From assembly GCA_030614005.1 (NCBI GenBank), contig JAUWKS010000029.1, forward strand, positions 1 through 32,000: a stretch of 32,000 nucleotides of DNA, in the 5' to 3' direction. Below, piece by piece: positions 8,366 through 17,689 of this stretch; within the stretch, counting starts at the first letter, position 1; the number at the start of each line of letters is the position of its first letter. The DNA is from Candidatus Heimdallarchaeota archaeon (GTDB lineage Archaea > Asgardarchaeota > Heimdallarchaeia > JABLTI01). The notes below the pieces were generated by a model. The model was not told where the DNA came from. It searched no databases and worked only from the letters and a program-made list of their open reading frames with translations. The position numbers and the translations under genes are program-made.

Positions 8366-8845
8366 TTGGATAATCTATTATTGAGGGAATATCATTTGTC
8401 TGAAAATCTCAAAAAGGAATATTTAGCTCTTCCAATAGATCATTGCTTTTTTGACAGAACTAGATATGATAAATTATATTCTGAATTACCAACTGAGATA
8501 CTAAGTTTTCGTAAGTTTGATAAGGGGCTTTTGCGAGTTCATTTTACTACAAAAGAGCACACAAAAGGGAAAGAGTCCGAATCTAGAGAGCATTTACTAT
8601 GGATACAATTACTTGAATTGGATGGGAAGAAATACGTTAAATATTGCTGTGATTGCAAGTATTTTGATTATCGGCAGCTTCGAGTAGCGAAACGTTTGTT
8701 TGGATTACAGGAAATTGAAAATAGTCTTGTTGCTGTTGTAGATCCAAAGAGTTTTGCCGAAAACAAGAAGCTCTTTAATATTGATAAACATGCATTCATA
8801 GCACTAAAGGAATTGTTAAAAATAGCAATTCAGATATCTATCTAA
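8366..8845 (+). CDS. Hypothetical protein with a degenerate SWIM-like zinc-finger signature
   Basis: YCCDCKYF...IDKHAFIAL: CxC plus a distal xKH in which the SWIM third Cys is replaced by Asp. TTG start is uncertain. Confidence 0.6.
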   Translation: MDNLLLREYHLSENLKKEYLALPIDHCFFDRTRYDKLYSELPTEILSFRKFDKGLLRVHFTTKEHTKGKESESREHLLWIQLLELDGKKYVKYCCDCKYFDYRQLRVAKRLFGLQEIENSLVAVVDPKSFAENKKLFNIDKHAFIALKELLKIAIQISI

Positions 8846-8928
8846 TGCTAATAATAATTAAATGAGTAAATATAGCTCTATCGAAAGTATTTTTTAGCTA
8901 GAATAATATAGTCACAGTATAGATCTGG

Positions 8929-9687
8929 ATGTGTGATCGGTTGACAGAAGACATAGAATTTGAAGTAAAAAAACTCCGCATCTTAACAGCAAACAATGTA
9001 TTGAATACCTATCCATACTTGAGTGGAAAATTACGAGGTGTGTATAAGGTTTGTATTACAGGTAATTCTGGCAGTGGTAAAACAACTATGATTAGATGTT
9101 TTGATCCTGAAGCTCATGGTAGAGAAGTTCCAAGATATTTCTATGTCGATTATGAACTTTTAAAAGAAAACCCCGACCTTTTCCCTGAATCTAATACAGC
9201 CACACAAACTTTTGATTTCACCGTTGTCGCTCTCCTCACAGGAGGGGATGAAAGTGCAGAAATTATTAAATTTAGTGAATTATCAGAGGATTATCTTACC
9301 GAAAAAGGTATCAAATGGGTAACCATCTTTTATCTCTTCGGAACTCCAGGGCAATGGCGTTTTAAGGACATTCGAGCTTTTGCAGAACGAAGAGCAGATG
9401 GAGTAATTTTCATCCTTGACCCCCTTGATCCCAAAATTAAGGAGAATTACGAGGAATTCAAAGAAACCGTCATCAAAAATGTTGAGCGCAAAGTTCCTAT
9501 TATCTATGTAGTAAACAAGCAGGACTTACCTAATGTCTACAGCGCTAAGGATATCGCAAAAGAATTAAAACTCAAAGATACTGATATGTTCGATATGTCT
9601 GCGTTAAAATGTAAGAACATCTCAATTCCAATAATTGCATTAATTAAAAAAATGCAAGAAGAAGAACTCGGAAAGAAAAAAGAGTAA
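8929..9687 (+). CDS. Small GTPase, MglA/Arf-like ATP/GTP-binding protein
   Basis: G1 GNSGSGKTT, G3 FGTPGQ, G4 NKQD, G5 MSAL. Confidence 0.88.
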   Translation: MCDRLTEDIEFEVKKLRILTANNVLNTYPYLSGKLRGVYKVCITGNSGSGKTTMIRCFDPEAHGREVPRYFYVDYELLKENPDLFPESNTATQTFDFTVVALLTGGDESAEIIKFSELSEDYLTEKGIKWVTIFYLFGTPGQWRFKDIRAFAERRADGVIFILDPLDPKIKENYEEFKETVIKNVERKVPIIYVVNKQDLPNVYSAKDIAKELKLKDTDMFDMSALKCKNISIPIIALIKKMQEEELGKKKE

Positions 9688-9808
9688 TAGTCTTTCCTTT
9701 TCTCTCATTTTTCTCTTTTTTGATTGAGATATTTAGTAAAATTGTTAAAGTAGAAACTAATTTTGATGAATTGGTAATGAATAAATAATTGATAAAGGCG
9801 AATTCAAG

Positions 9809-10153
9809 ATGGCAATGGAATTTTGTGAAGAATGCGGTTCGATGATACAACCAACAAAAATAGATGGAAAATATGTTATGGCATGCCAAAAGTGTGGCAC
9901 AGGTAAAAAGGACATAACAAAAGAAGATAATATTCTATCGCAGGAAATAAGTCACTCAGATGATAAGAAAATGGTTATTATAGAAAACCCTGATGAAATA
10001 AACACTATGCCGACAAAACCTATGAGATGTCAAAAGTGTAAGATAGTTGTAGATACACAATACTGGGCTGTGCAGACAAGAAGTGGGGATGAAGCGTCAA
10101 CACGCTTCTATCGGTGCATGAAATGCAAACATACTTGGCGAGAATATGATTAA
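9809..10153 (+). CDS. tfs: Transcription factor S (TFS/RpoM, Rpb9/TFIIS-like)
   Basis: N-terminal FCEECG..CQKC zinc ribbon and C-terminal QTRSGDEASTRFYRCMKCKHTWRE with the acidic DE hairpin. Confidence 0.95.
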   Translation: MAMEFCEECGSMIQPTKIDGKYVMACQKCGTGKKDITKEDNILSQEISHSDDKKMVIIENPDEINTMPTKPMRCQKCKIVVDTQYWAVQTRSGDEASTRFYRCMKCKHTWREYD

Positions 10154-10191
10154 TGGTAATTTTGACAACCTAAATTTTTTTTACTTAGATC

Positions 10192-10782
10192 CTAACCATT
10201 TTCTTCCTTAGCTAATGCAATTAGTCGAGCAACCCGAATTGGTTCAGGTATTCTTCCAACAACAGTTACTTTTGTCAGAAAAGTAGCTATTTCATCGTCT
10301 TCGAAACCAATTGATTGTATAAACACAGGTTCTTCTCCTTCTGCAGATTGAATTTCTCTTATTAAACCAGAATTAGTAATTACCTGGTACCGTTCTTCCC
10401 AATTCGTAACATTCTTTATTGCGGAACGGATCTTTTCAAAATTTGGTTTTCTGTCGACAACTGATAGTACAGGTAACCCTGTTTTTTCATACAATTTCTT
10501 GATATCTATATAATTGAAACCTGCAATAGTAATCCCTCGAGTCATTATCAATTTGAGTTGTTTACTATGAGTACTTTGTTCTATCATCGCTTGAATTTTT
10601 TCTGTTGCATCCTCACCATCAACTTCAATTGAGGTTTTCAATACGCCCTCAAAAAGTGAGGCTCCTCGATACACCACTCCATAAATTGGCACAAATTTAT
10701 CCTCTAAACGATTAAAAGAAGAACAGGCAATCCCCAGTATCTTTACTCCTTTCTTTATCTGTTGAGTCAATACTTTCACCAC
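10192..10782 (-). CDS. DUF99 (UPF0215) endonuclease V-like / endonuclease dU family protein
   Basis: VDGEDATEKI, GITIAGFNYID and GRIPEPIRVARLIA motifs; conserved position in the csl4-rpoL cluster. Confidence 0.9.
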   Translation of the reverse strand: MVKVLTQQIKKGVKILGIACSSFNRLEDKFVPIYGVVYRGASLFEGVLKTSIEVDGEDATEKIQAMIEQSTHSKQLKLIMTRGITIAGFNYIDIKKLYEKTGLPVLSVVDRKPNFEKIRSAIKNVTNWEERYQVITNSGLIREIQSAEGEEPVFIQSIGFEDDEIATFLTKVTVVGRIPEPIRVARLIALAKEENG

Positions 10783-10821
10783 AAAATTCTGCCTCTATAC
10801 TCTCGAGACAAAACAATCTAT

Positions 10822-11259
10822 CTAAGACATACGTTCTACAATTTCTAACAATATTTTCTCAAAAGCTTTTGCCATAAGCAGTCGTTCATTACTCCGGTAG
10901 GAAATTTCTTCCAATGTTTTTGCTTGCATTACTGAAACAATTATTTCCACCATTTCATCTATTGTTAGTATATTTTTCAAATAAGCATGACCAATTAGTG
11001 CTTCAGCTCCATCTCCTAGATCACCCGATGATACACTCGAAGGCATTATAGCTCTTAGATTTGCATTTCTTATTGCTTCCGCTAGTGATTTATCTAACAC
11101 TCTCTCACCAAATGGTTGCTTGTATCGTCTTGTTTTTGCTACCGAATAGACAAAATTTGTTAAAGAATCACCAAATTTAGCTAAGCTATGATCTCTCATT
11201 ACTTTGGTTAATCTTGTTCTCAATGGTTCTGGTAGAGTGCTTTTTTTCATAGGTATCAA
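10822..11259 (-). CDS. Archaeal ribonuclease III-like family protein
   Basis: LAKFGDSLTNFVYS and GDGAEALIG RNase III-like signature motifs. Confidence 0.8.
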   Translation of the reverse strand: MIPMKKSTLPEPLRTRLTKVMRDHSLAKFGDSLTNFVYSVAKTRRYKQPFGERVLDKSLAEAIRNANLRAIMPSSVSSGDLGDGAEALIGHAYLKNILTIDEMVEIIVSVMQAKTLEEISYRSNERLLMAKAFEKILLEIVERMS

Positions 11260-11361
11260 CTATGAGATACTAAGTATTATGCATCAGCATTAAATAAAAA
11301 GGAATTTGCGAAATTACTCGAATAGACCTCTTTCTCATTTGAGATCAATCCAGTACAGCAC

Positions 11362-11640
11362 TTAAGCAACCTTATCTAATAATTTGTAAAACTCATCACA
11401 GGTTTTACCAAGTTCTTTTGCTGCTGTTCTTGCTGCTTTGTCTATTTTCTTCTTTGGTGCAGCTTTGATAACTAGTTTTGTTTCTTCGACGAAAGGGTGT
11501 GCCTTAAAATATCCAGTTGAATCTACTTCTTTTACATCACTCAAAAATTCCCTGATAACATTTGTAAAAGTATGTCCTTCACCAATTATCTCGAGAGTAA
11601 TTTCTTTTTCTTCATCATATTCTAAAATTTTAACTTCCAT
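11362..11640 (-). CDS. rpoL: DNA-directed RNA polymerase subunit L (Rpo11)
   Basis: GEGHTFTNVIREFL and YFKAHP motifs; csl4 operon context. Confidence 0.93.
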   Translation of the reverse strand: MEVKILEYDEEKEITLEIIGEGHTFTNVIREFLSDVKEVDSTGYFKAHPFVEETKLVIKAAPKKKIDKAARTAAKELGKTCDEFYKLLDKVA

Positions 11641-11740
11641 TTTTTTCGGGCCACCATTTTATTGTTAAAATACAATAATCAATAATGAGACTTATATTAC
11701 TAATTCCTCGGTTTTTTGTTTCTTCTATTAAGATTTTGGT

Positions 11741-12388
11741 TTATTTCGCGATTTTCAGGCATTTATCAATTGCTTGTGAAGGTTCAACAGATAATATTAA
11801 TCTATTATATTCGTCTTCGCTTGTTGTTTTCGCCTTTTGAGCCAATGCTATTGCTTCTTCAATGGTTAGTTTTTTTACTACAGCAATTGTTGCAAGTACT
11901 TCTCTCAAACTCTTTGTAGATACTTCATAAGGCATTGAGCTTAGGCAAGCATCTATTGCATTGATTAATGTAACCAATGGGTTATAGGCTATCTTTGAAT
12001 AAAGAATGTTCTCTTCACGACTGGTTTCAATCCCTTGTATTTCTAAAATTCTTAGAAGGATTTTTACTGGAAATGTTTTACCAATCGCTTTTGAGATATA
12101 AGTAATTTCATAATCGTAGAATCCGTCTGCATCAGGATAGAGTATACCATTTATTATTTGGGTAATATTCTTTGCACGCTCAACGGCTTCTTTGAGATGA
12201 TCTTTTGCTCCTTCGAACCGAATGTTTATCTTTCCGCCATTGTAGTCAGCAATAATATCAACTTTTTTGATTTGTTTTTGGAGTGCCTCTAGTAAAAGAA
12301 TTGCTTCTTTTGTAGATGAAACATTCAATACCATTTCTTTTGCGGTCCAACGAGCCATTAGAATATCCCTCACTTTGCTAACTAGCAT
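11741..12388 (-). CDS. DUF2067 family protein
   Basis: Size and position between csl4 and rpoL as in other archaea; motif match is weak. Confidence 0.65.
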   Translation of the reverse strand: MLVSKVRDILMARWTAKEMVLNVSSTKEAILLLEALQKQIKKVDIIADYNGGKINIRFEGAKDHLKEAVERAKNITQIINGILYPDADGFYDYEITYISKAIGKTFPVKILLRILEIQGIETSREENILYSKIAYNPLVTLINAIDACLSSMPYEVSTKSLREVLATIAVVKKLTIEEAIALAQKAKTTSEDEYNRLILSVEPSQAIDKCLKIAK

Positions 12389-12403
12389 TTTTTATTATTT
12401 TAT

Positions 12404-12970
12404 TTATAATCGTGCTCGTCCGTAATCTTCTGCGACTTTTCGGGGTTCTACGTTATCGCAATTATCGCATTTGAGGGTACCCCTTCGCAAGTATCTTAAT
12501 CGTTCTCCACATTTACTGCAGAGTGCATAGATAACCCCAAGTTCATTATAAGTTGTTGTAAACTGTATTGGAAGTGTATGAGCATCCATTATCTTTCCTC
12601 TAATAATATCGCCTTCTTTGAGGGCGTCAAACATTGAGTCAAGATAAGATCTTGTAGCATGGGAGATATGCATAATTGATGAGTAAGAGGGAGTAACAGA
12701 TTGACCATTAATGTATTTGACAGACATAGAAACCATATGTTTATTGACATTTTCAGCCTGACCAATAATAACATCGCCTTTCTTTGGGACTAATGGTTTT
12801 CTTACTCTTGGAAAAATACTGACTGTTCGTTTCTTTTTATCGTTAAAAACAGTACCAGTGACTGTTGTTAATACTTTACCTTCAGCAACATAGGTTCCTT
12901 CTCCAGGGAGAGCTTCTTCTTCAACACAAATGTAGTCGCCAGGTAAAAGAAATTCGCCATTTTCTTTCAT
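12404..12970 (-). CDS. csl4: Exosome complex RNA-binding protein Csl4
   Basis: LPGD...PGEGTY N-terminal domain, S1 domain (GDIIRGKI), GVIYALCSKCG...CDNC zinc ribbon, EPRKVA. Confidence 0.96.
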   Translation of the reverse strand: MKENGEFLLPGDYICVEEEALPGEGTYVAEGKVLTTVTGTVFNDKKKRTVSIFPRVRKPLVPKKGDVIIGQAENVNKHMVSMSVKYINGQSVTPSYSSIMHISHATRSYLDSMFDALKEGDIIRGKIMDAHTLPIQFTTTYNELGVIYALCSKCGERLRYLRRGTLKCDNCDNVEPRKVAEDYGRARL

Positions 12971-13295
12971 TCTTTAATTCAATCCTTTACGTCTTCTTGT
13001 TAAGCACAAATTCTCTTGGAATTTAAATCTATTCTTCAATTGAATTCAAATAATATCATTTTTCTTTTTATATGAAAATACTTTTTCGAAAATTCGTTTT
13101 TCTACACTTTTCGTCTATTAGCTTTAGTGCTTACAAATTTTTTCTTGTAATGAAATGGTAATTTTACTAGAATATCTTTCTTTTGTTTGTTGTTGTTTTT
13201 TATCTAATAAAACATTTAAATCTTGGAATACTTTATAGTAAAATAAATAAGTAAATGCATTAGCAAACTGGAAACTAATTTCTAGGATGAAATAA

Positions 13296-14909
13296 ATGGA
13301 TGCTGCCCTTCACAAGATCGCTATTGTCGATGCAACAGGTTCTGGTAAAGGAAAAAGAAGATTCACTCGAGATGCTATTGGTGCAGGTTCTAGAAGTGTT
13401 TATGGAGTGCTTGAGGAGTTAGGAATTGAAGCAAAAATTTTTCTCGCAGAAGATATCCTTGAGAAAGGATTCCCTCAAAGATTTTCTTCTCTATTCATTA
13501 GTGCTATGTCAATGGATAAAATTGCTGTAAAAAGAGTAATCTCTTCTTGGAGAAAAAATGCTGATGGTCGAGTAGTTATTGGTGGACCGATTTCCTCTGA
13601 ATTAGATTCTACTTTGCTTTCAACTCAAGCAGATATCATTGTTATTGGAGAGGGGGAAAAGACAATCAAAGAGCTTATTGAATATGATGCTCTAAGAGAA
13701 TCAACCTCAATAGAAACTTTGAAGAAAATTCTTGGAATTGGTTTTTTCGATTCAAATGGAAAAGTGAAGATCAATGGTTTTAGAAAATATTCTTCTCGAG
13801 AGGAATTTAGAGCATTTCAAGCATCTACAAAATGTATTACTGATTATCCCAAGTATTTCTCAGCTAAAGTATATGTGGAATGTGTAAGAGGATGTTCCAA
13901 TTTTAAAGGAACAAAGCTTCTCTTACCAGATGGCAGACAATGTTCAGATTGCGGTTTTTGTGATAGTTATTGTCTTGAAGATAGATTGAAATGTCCTGAA
14001 GGAATACCTCCTGGATGTGGTTTTTGTAGTGTTCCTAACTTATTTGGACCAGCTCGTAGTCGAACACCAGACCAAGTAGTAAAAGAAATAGCTAAATTAC
14101 TTGAAAAAAATGTTAAGAGAATTATTCTCAGTGCACCCGATTTTCTTGATTTTGGGAGAGACAATGAATTAGGAGATAATTTGCTGATGAATCCTTATTT
14201 TCCAAAAGCAAATATCAAATTGATCGAAGAACTTCTTTCACAAATAGCTTCTATAAAAAACGTTTCGAATGGGAAAGCATGGATTGAAGTGGAAAATATT
14301 AAAGCACACCTCTTTACTGAAGAAGTAGCTAAAATTCTGTCAAAATATCTTCCAGGGTCCTCTTTTAGTATCGGTTGTGAAACCGGAAGTGAATCTCATG
14401 CCATTCAATTGGGAAGATCAAGTATGCCCAAAGAAACTCTCCGTGCAGTGAAAATCGCTCATAAATATGGTTTAAAGGCTCATGTCTATTTTATCCATGG
14501 TTTGCCTGGTCAAACAAAGCAAACTGCAACAGAAACGGTAAAATTAATTCATAATTTGGAACCATATATCGAAAAAGTAACTATCTATCGATTTCGACCT
14601 CTACCAATGTCCGCTTTTGGCGATGTCCCTCCACCAAAACCAGCGGTGAAAAACCCTATTAGTAAAATGATTGCTGATGCAGCTAACGAAGTTAATTTCC
14701 AGAAGAAGACCAATTTGGTTGGAAAGAAAGTAAGAGTGATACTGAGTGAACCAAATTATCGGGAGGAAGGCGGAGCAATAGCCAATATCCTCGATGGTGG
14801 ACCGATGGTTGCAGTTGAAAATGCTAAAGAGAGGATTGGAGAAATCGTTACTGTTTATATTGATAAAGTCATCACTGAAAAATTGGTTCATGGGAAAATA
14901 GTGGAATAG
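13296..14909 (+). CDS. B12-binding-domain radical SAM protein with split Cys motif and C-terminal TRAM-like domain
   Basis: VVIGGP and IIVIGEGE (B12-like domain), ECVRGCSNF...GCGFCSVP, IGCETGS, VYFIHGLPGQT, C-terminal GEIVTVYI. Confidence 0.88.
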   Translation: MDAALHKIAIVDATGSGKGKRRFTRDAIGAGSRSVYGVLEELGIEAKIFLAEDILEKGFPQRFSSLFISAMSMDKIAVKRVISSWRKNADGRVVIGGPISSELDSTLLSTQADIIVIGEGEKTIKELIEYDALRESTSIETLKKILGIGFFDSNGKVKINGFRKYSSREEFRAFQASTKCITDYPKYFSAKVYVECVRGCSNFKGTKLLLPDGRQCSDCGFCDSYCLEDRLKCPEGIPPGCGFCSVPNLFGPARSRTPDQVVKEIAKLLEKNVKRIILSAPDFLDFGRDNELGDNLLMNPYFPKANIKLIEELLSQIASIKNVSNGKAWIEVENIKAHLFTEEVAKILSKYLPGSSFSIGCETGSESHAIQLGRSSMPKETLRAVKIAHKYGLKAHVYFIHGLPGQTKQTATETVKLIHNLEPYIEKVTIYRFRPLPMSAFGDVPPPKPAVKNPISKMIADAANEVNFQKKTNLVGKKVRVILSEPNYREEGGAIANILDGGPMVAVENAKERIGEIVTVYIDKVITEKLVHGKIVE

Positions 14910-15132
14910 TTGGTATTGAAAAAATCGTTTTTTGGAAAAGAGATGAACTTTTATGCTTGAATTAAGAATTAATTATGAAGAGAGAAGCTCTTACCACAAA
15001 AAAAATGACATTGTAGTTTCAAAACAGTGATAAGAACTTTTTAATAGAGAAATTAAAATGAGAGAATAGTAACAACAATAGACAGAAAAAAATTGTAAGT
15101 TTAATAGTAATATTGAGGGTACAATATATAGA

Positions 15133-15894
15133 ATGGAGAACAAACAAATGGCACTTAGAATGGTTTTAGCAGACGCAAAAATATGGAAAAATATTATCGA
15201 ATCACTCACCTTACTTGATGAAGCAAATTTCATCGCTTCAGAAAGAGGAATTGAACTACGGGCAATGGATCCCAGTAGAGTAGCTATGGTCGATTTTTTC
15301 CTACCTGCAAATGCTTTCGAAGAATATGAATGTTCAGAAGTCACTCGTTTAGGCATTAATTTAGATGAAATGATTCAAATTATGAGACGCTCAGGTTCCT
15401 CTGATGAACTTATAATGGAGCTTGAAGGAACAACAAAACTTGTAATGACATTCAAAGGGCAAAATGTTAGAAGCTTTGGTATAAGCTTACTTGATTTAGG
15501 TGAAAGTGATTATCCAGCACCAACTATTGACAGCAAATCAAAGATTAAACTCACAGCAGATGCCTTACAACAAGCAGTAAAAGACGCCGAAATAATCGGG
15601 GACCACATCAGAATTGTCACAGATGAAAATGGTTTGACTCTATCTGCTTCCAGTGAAACCAAAGATGTCAAAATTTACATCGAAAAAGATAGTGATGTTA
15701 TTGCTGAATTCAACGTAAGAGAAGAATCAAGCGCAATGTATTCATTAAGCTATCTGACTGAGATGACAAAAGCAATCAAAGCAAGTGAATTAGTAATGAT
15801 AGCATTCTCCGCTAGTATGCCTATTCAATTGGAATTTCCAATTGTCGCAGGTGGAAAACTTACCTATTATCTTGCACCAAGAATTGAAACCTAA
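15133..15894 (+). CDS. pcn: Proliferating cell nuclear antigen (sliding clamp)
   Basis: LRAMDPSRVAMVD, LGINLDEM, YSLSYL and LTYYLAPRIE motifs. Confidence 0.97.
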   Translation: MENKQMALRMVLADAKIWKNIIESLTLLDEANFIASERGIELRAMDPSRVAMVDFFLPANAFEEYECSEVTRLGINLDEMIQIMRRSGSSDELIMELEGTTKLVMTFKGQNVRSFGISLLDLGESDYPAPTIDSKSKIKLTADALQQAVKDAEIIGDHIRIVTDENGLTLSASSETKDVKIYIEKDSDVIAEFNVREESSAMYSLSYLTEMTKAIKASELVMIAFSASMPIQLEFPIVAGGKLTYYLAPRIET

Positions 15895-16107
15895 GAAATT
15901 TTAATCTTTCATAGGAATTAGCTGATATATTCAGTGGACAAGAAGGCTTGTAAGCCTGTCTTTCCTTCTTTCTATTGGTAGAAGCACAACAGATTGCTTT
16001 GTAAGCAAGTGCCAAAAAATGTAAAAGAGAAAAATGGCTATTTATTGTTAGAGAGTAAGAAGAAAATAACCAGAAAATGCAACCTAACCAACATTGAGGA
16101 TAAATGA

Positions 16108-16716
16108 ATGAGTAGAGATAAACAATATAATCAAATCGTTCTGCTTTGGAAAAGCGAAAGACAAACAAATAAATTGCTTGAAGTAAAAAGTGTAGTCTAT
16201 TCAACTATAAGGCAGAAAATTAACACTCTAGTAAAAGATCTCGAAAAATTAGATAAAAAAGATATCATATCCTTCAAGATAATCAATGAACGAATAGAGC
16301 GTTTAAATAAAATTTTACGTGATTTATCAAAAATCAGAAAACACAAAATCATTCATGAAATTTTAGATGGTATCTTGAATAAAGATGGTTTGGCTGCAGA
16401 AGAAATTGACTTAGTGTCTAATCTTAAACGACTATTTGATGAGCATAATCAAAGAAGCATTTACGGAAAAATATCAAGAGAATTACCAAGAGACGAGAGA
16501 GAAACAGCCACCGGAGAGCAACAAACAAAAGAAGAATTAATGATCATTCGAATTTTAGAAGATATACCTGAAATAGTTGCTGCAACAGCAAAAGGTGAAA
16601 CAAAGAAAACATTTGGTCCTTTCAAAAAGGAAGATATCGTGCGATTGCCTATCGTCTATGCAAAAACGTTGATAATGAAAAATGCAGCAGATAGAGTAGA
16701 TCTACCGAATCTTTAG
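16108..16716 (+). CDS. DNA replication complex GINS subunit (Gins51/Gins15-type, C-terminal B domain)
   Basis: Helical N-terminal A domain; C-terminal IRILEDIPEIV...FGPFKKEDIVRLP..AKTLI..NAA; directly downstream of pcn. Confidence 0.8.
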   Translation: MSRDKQYNQIVLLWKSERQTNKLLEVKSVVYSTIRQKINTLVKDLEKLDKKDIISFKIINERIERLNKILRDLSKIRKHKIIHEILDGILNKDGLAAEEIDLVSNLKRLFDEHNQRSIYGKISRELPRDERETATGEQQTKEELMIIRILEDIPEIVAATAKGETKKTFGPFKKEDIVRLPIVYAKTLIMKNAADRVDLPNL

Positions 16717-16813
16717 AAAATAAATAACAATTGAATAGGTTTGAAAAAATAAACCTAATCTCTTTTTATAGCATTCTTTGAATAATTTCACATTTAAAAT
16801 GAAATAGCAAGTT

Positions 16814-17053
16814 TTATGCTTTAGGTTCAACTGCCTTTTTTTCTGGTTCAACGACTTTGCCAAGTATTTGACATTTACCGCCAGCAGGCTTTGCTAATAA
16901 GCAATTGCAAACTTGACAGTGAACTTGAGTGGAAGCATGGCTAAAGACTCTTTGAACCTTGTTACAATCAGGACATTCAACTTGAATGAATTCTGATGTT
17001 GGTTTTGGGATTGTTGGTTCTGACATATTTTGTTTTTCTCCTAATTTTTCCAT
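16814..17053 (-). CDS. rps27e: 30S ribosomal protein S27e
   Basis: SEFIQVECPDCNKVQRVFSHASTQVHCQVCN.LLAKPAGGK; the true start may be MSEPT at 17026. Confidence 0.96.
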   Translation of the reverse strand: MEKLGEKQNMSEPTIPKPTSEFIQVECPDCNKVQRVFSHASTQVHCQVCNCLLAKPAGGKCQILGKVVEPEKKAVEPKA

Positions 17054-17141
17054 TCTTATGGTGTCAGTCCAATTTTATTAGTACTTAAATTTAACGATAA
17101 GGCAAAAAGAATTAATTACTAAAAAAGTTTTTTTCTGCTTA

Positions 17142-17220
17142 GGATGTGTAGCGCAGCTTGGATAGCGCGCCTGGCTCCGGACCAGGAGGCTCGGGAGTTC
17201 AAATCTCCCCACATCCGCCA
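17142..17220 (+). tRNA. tRNA-Arg(CCG)
   Basis: GGATGTG/CACATCC, GCGC/GCGC, CCTGG-CTCCGGA-CCAGG, GGGAG-TTCAAAT-CTCCC, G-CCA; A20 Arg identity element; 6-nt variable loop. Confidence 0.95.
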
Positions 17221-17332
17221 ATCTTTCAAGTTCGTTTTCAAGTGTTACATAAAACAGCAAGATTAACTACAAAAGTATTAATAAATAGATTTTTAATTTA
17301 AATGTAAACTGAATTTGTTAAGAACTAACTGT

Positions 17333-17366
17333 AGGCCTGTAGTTCAGCCTGGATAGAATAACGGAT
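17333..17366 (+). pseudogene. 5' half of a tRNA-Arg isoacceptor, truncated at the anticodon loop
   Basis: AGGCCTG-TA-GTTC-AGCCTGGATA-GAAT-A-ACGGA, 21/24 nt identical to the 5' end of tRNA-Arg(UCG), with A20. TTTAAA box at 17297. No 3' anticodon strand, T stem or acceptor strand follows. Confidence 0.8.
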
Positions 17367-17689
17367 TTTAATCAAATGGTTCAAGAATAGAAATCTCTTT
17401 AATTTCATAATTTATTCAACAAAACCTTACAATAAAATTATTGTAATTGTTTTGATGATATAAATAACTGTTATTTTGAAAAGAGATTTTAAACTAACAT
17501 TTAAAGGAAAAAATAGAAAATGATTTTTGAAATTTTTATAATAAATTCGTAAATTTAAATACAATATATAAAATTAAATAATCAAATATCTTTAAATATG
17601 AAAAACAATATTCTTTTATACCTTTAATAAAAGATATAAGGATGAAATGTATAAAAATTATACGAAAGGATAGGTAGGTTGATTGTTTC

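Noticed and set aside
14991-15356. 121-aa minus-strand ORF and other short overlapping ORFs in the track
   Set aside because: They overlap well-supported genes on the opposite strand or frame and show no recognisable motifs.
17078-17260. 60-aa minus-strand ORF
   Set aside because: It is the antisense of tRNA-Arg(CCG).
17361-17377. Ochre-suppressor (UUA anticodon) reading of the truncated tRNA
   Set aside because: TTTTAAT is not closed by a complementary stem and no T-arm or acceptor 3' strand follows.
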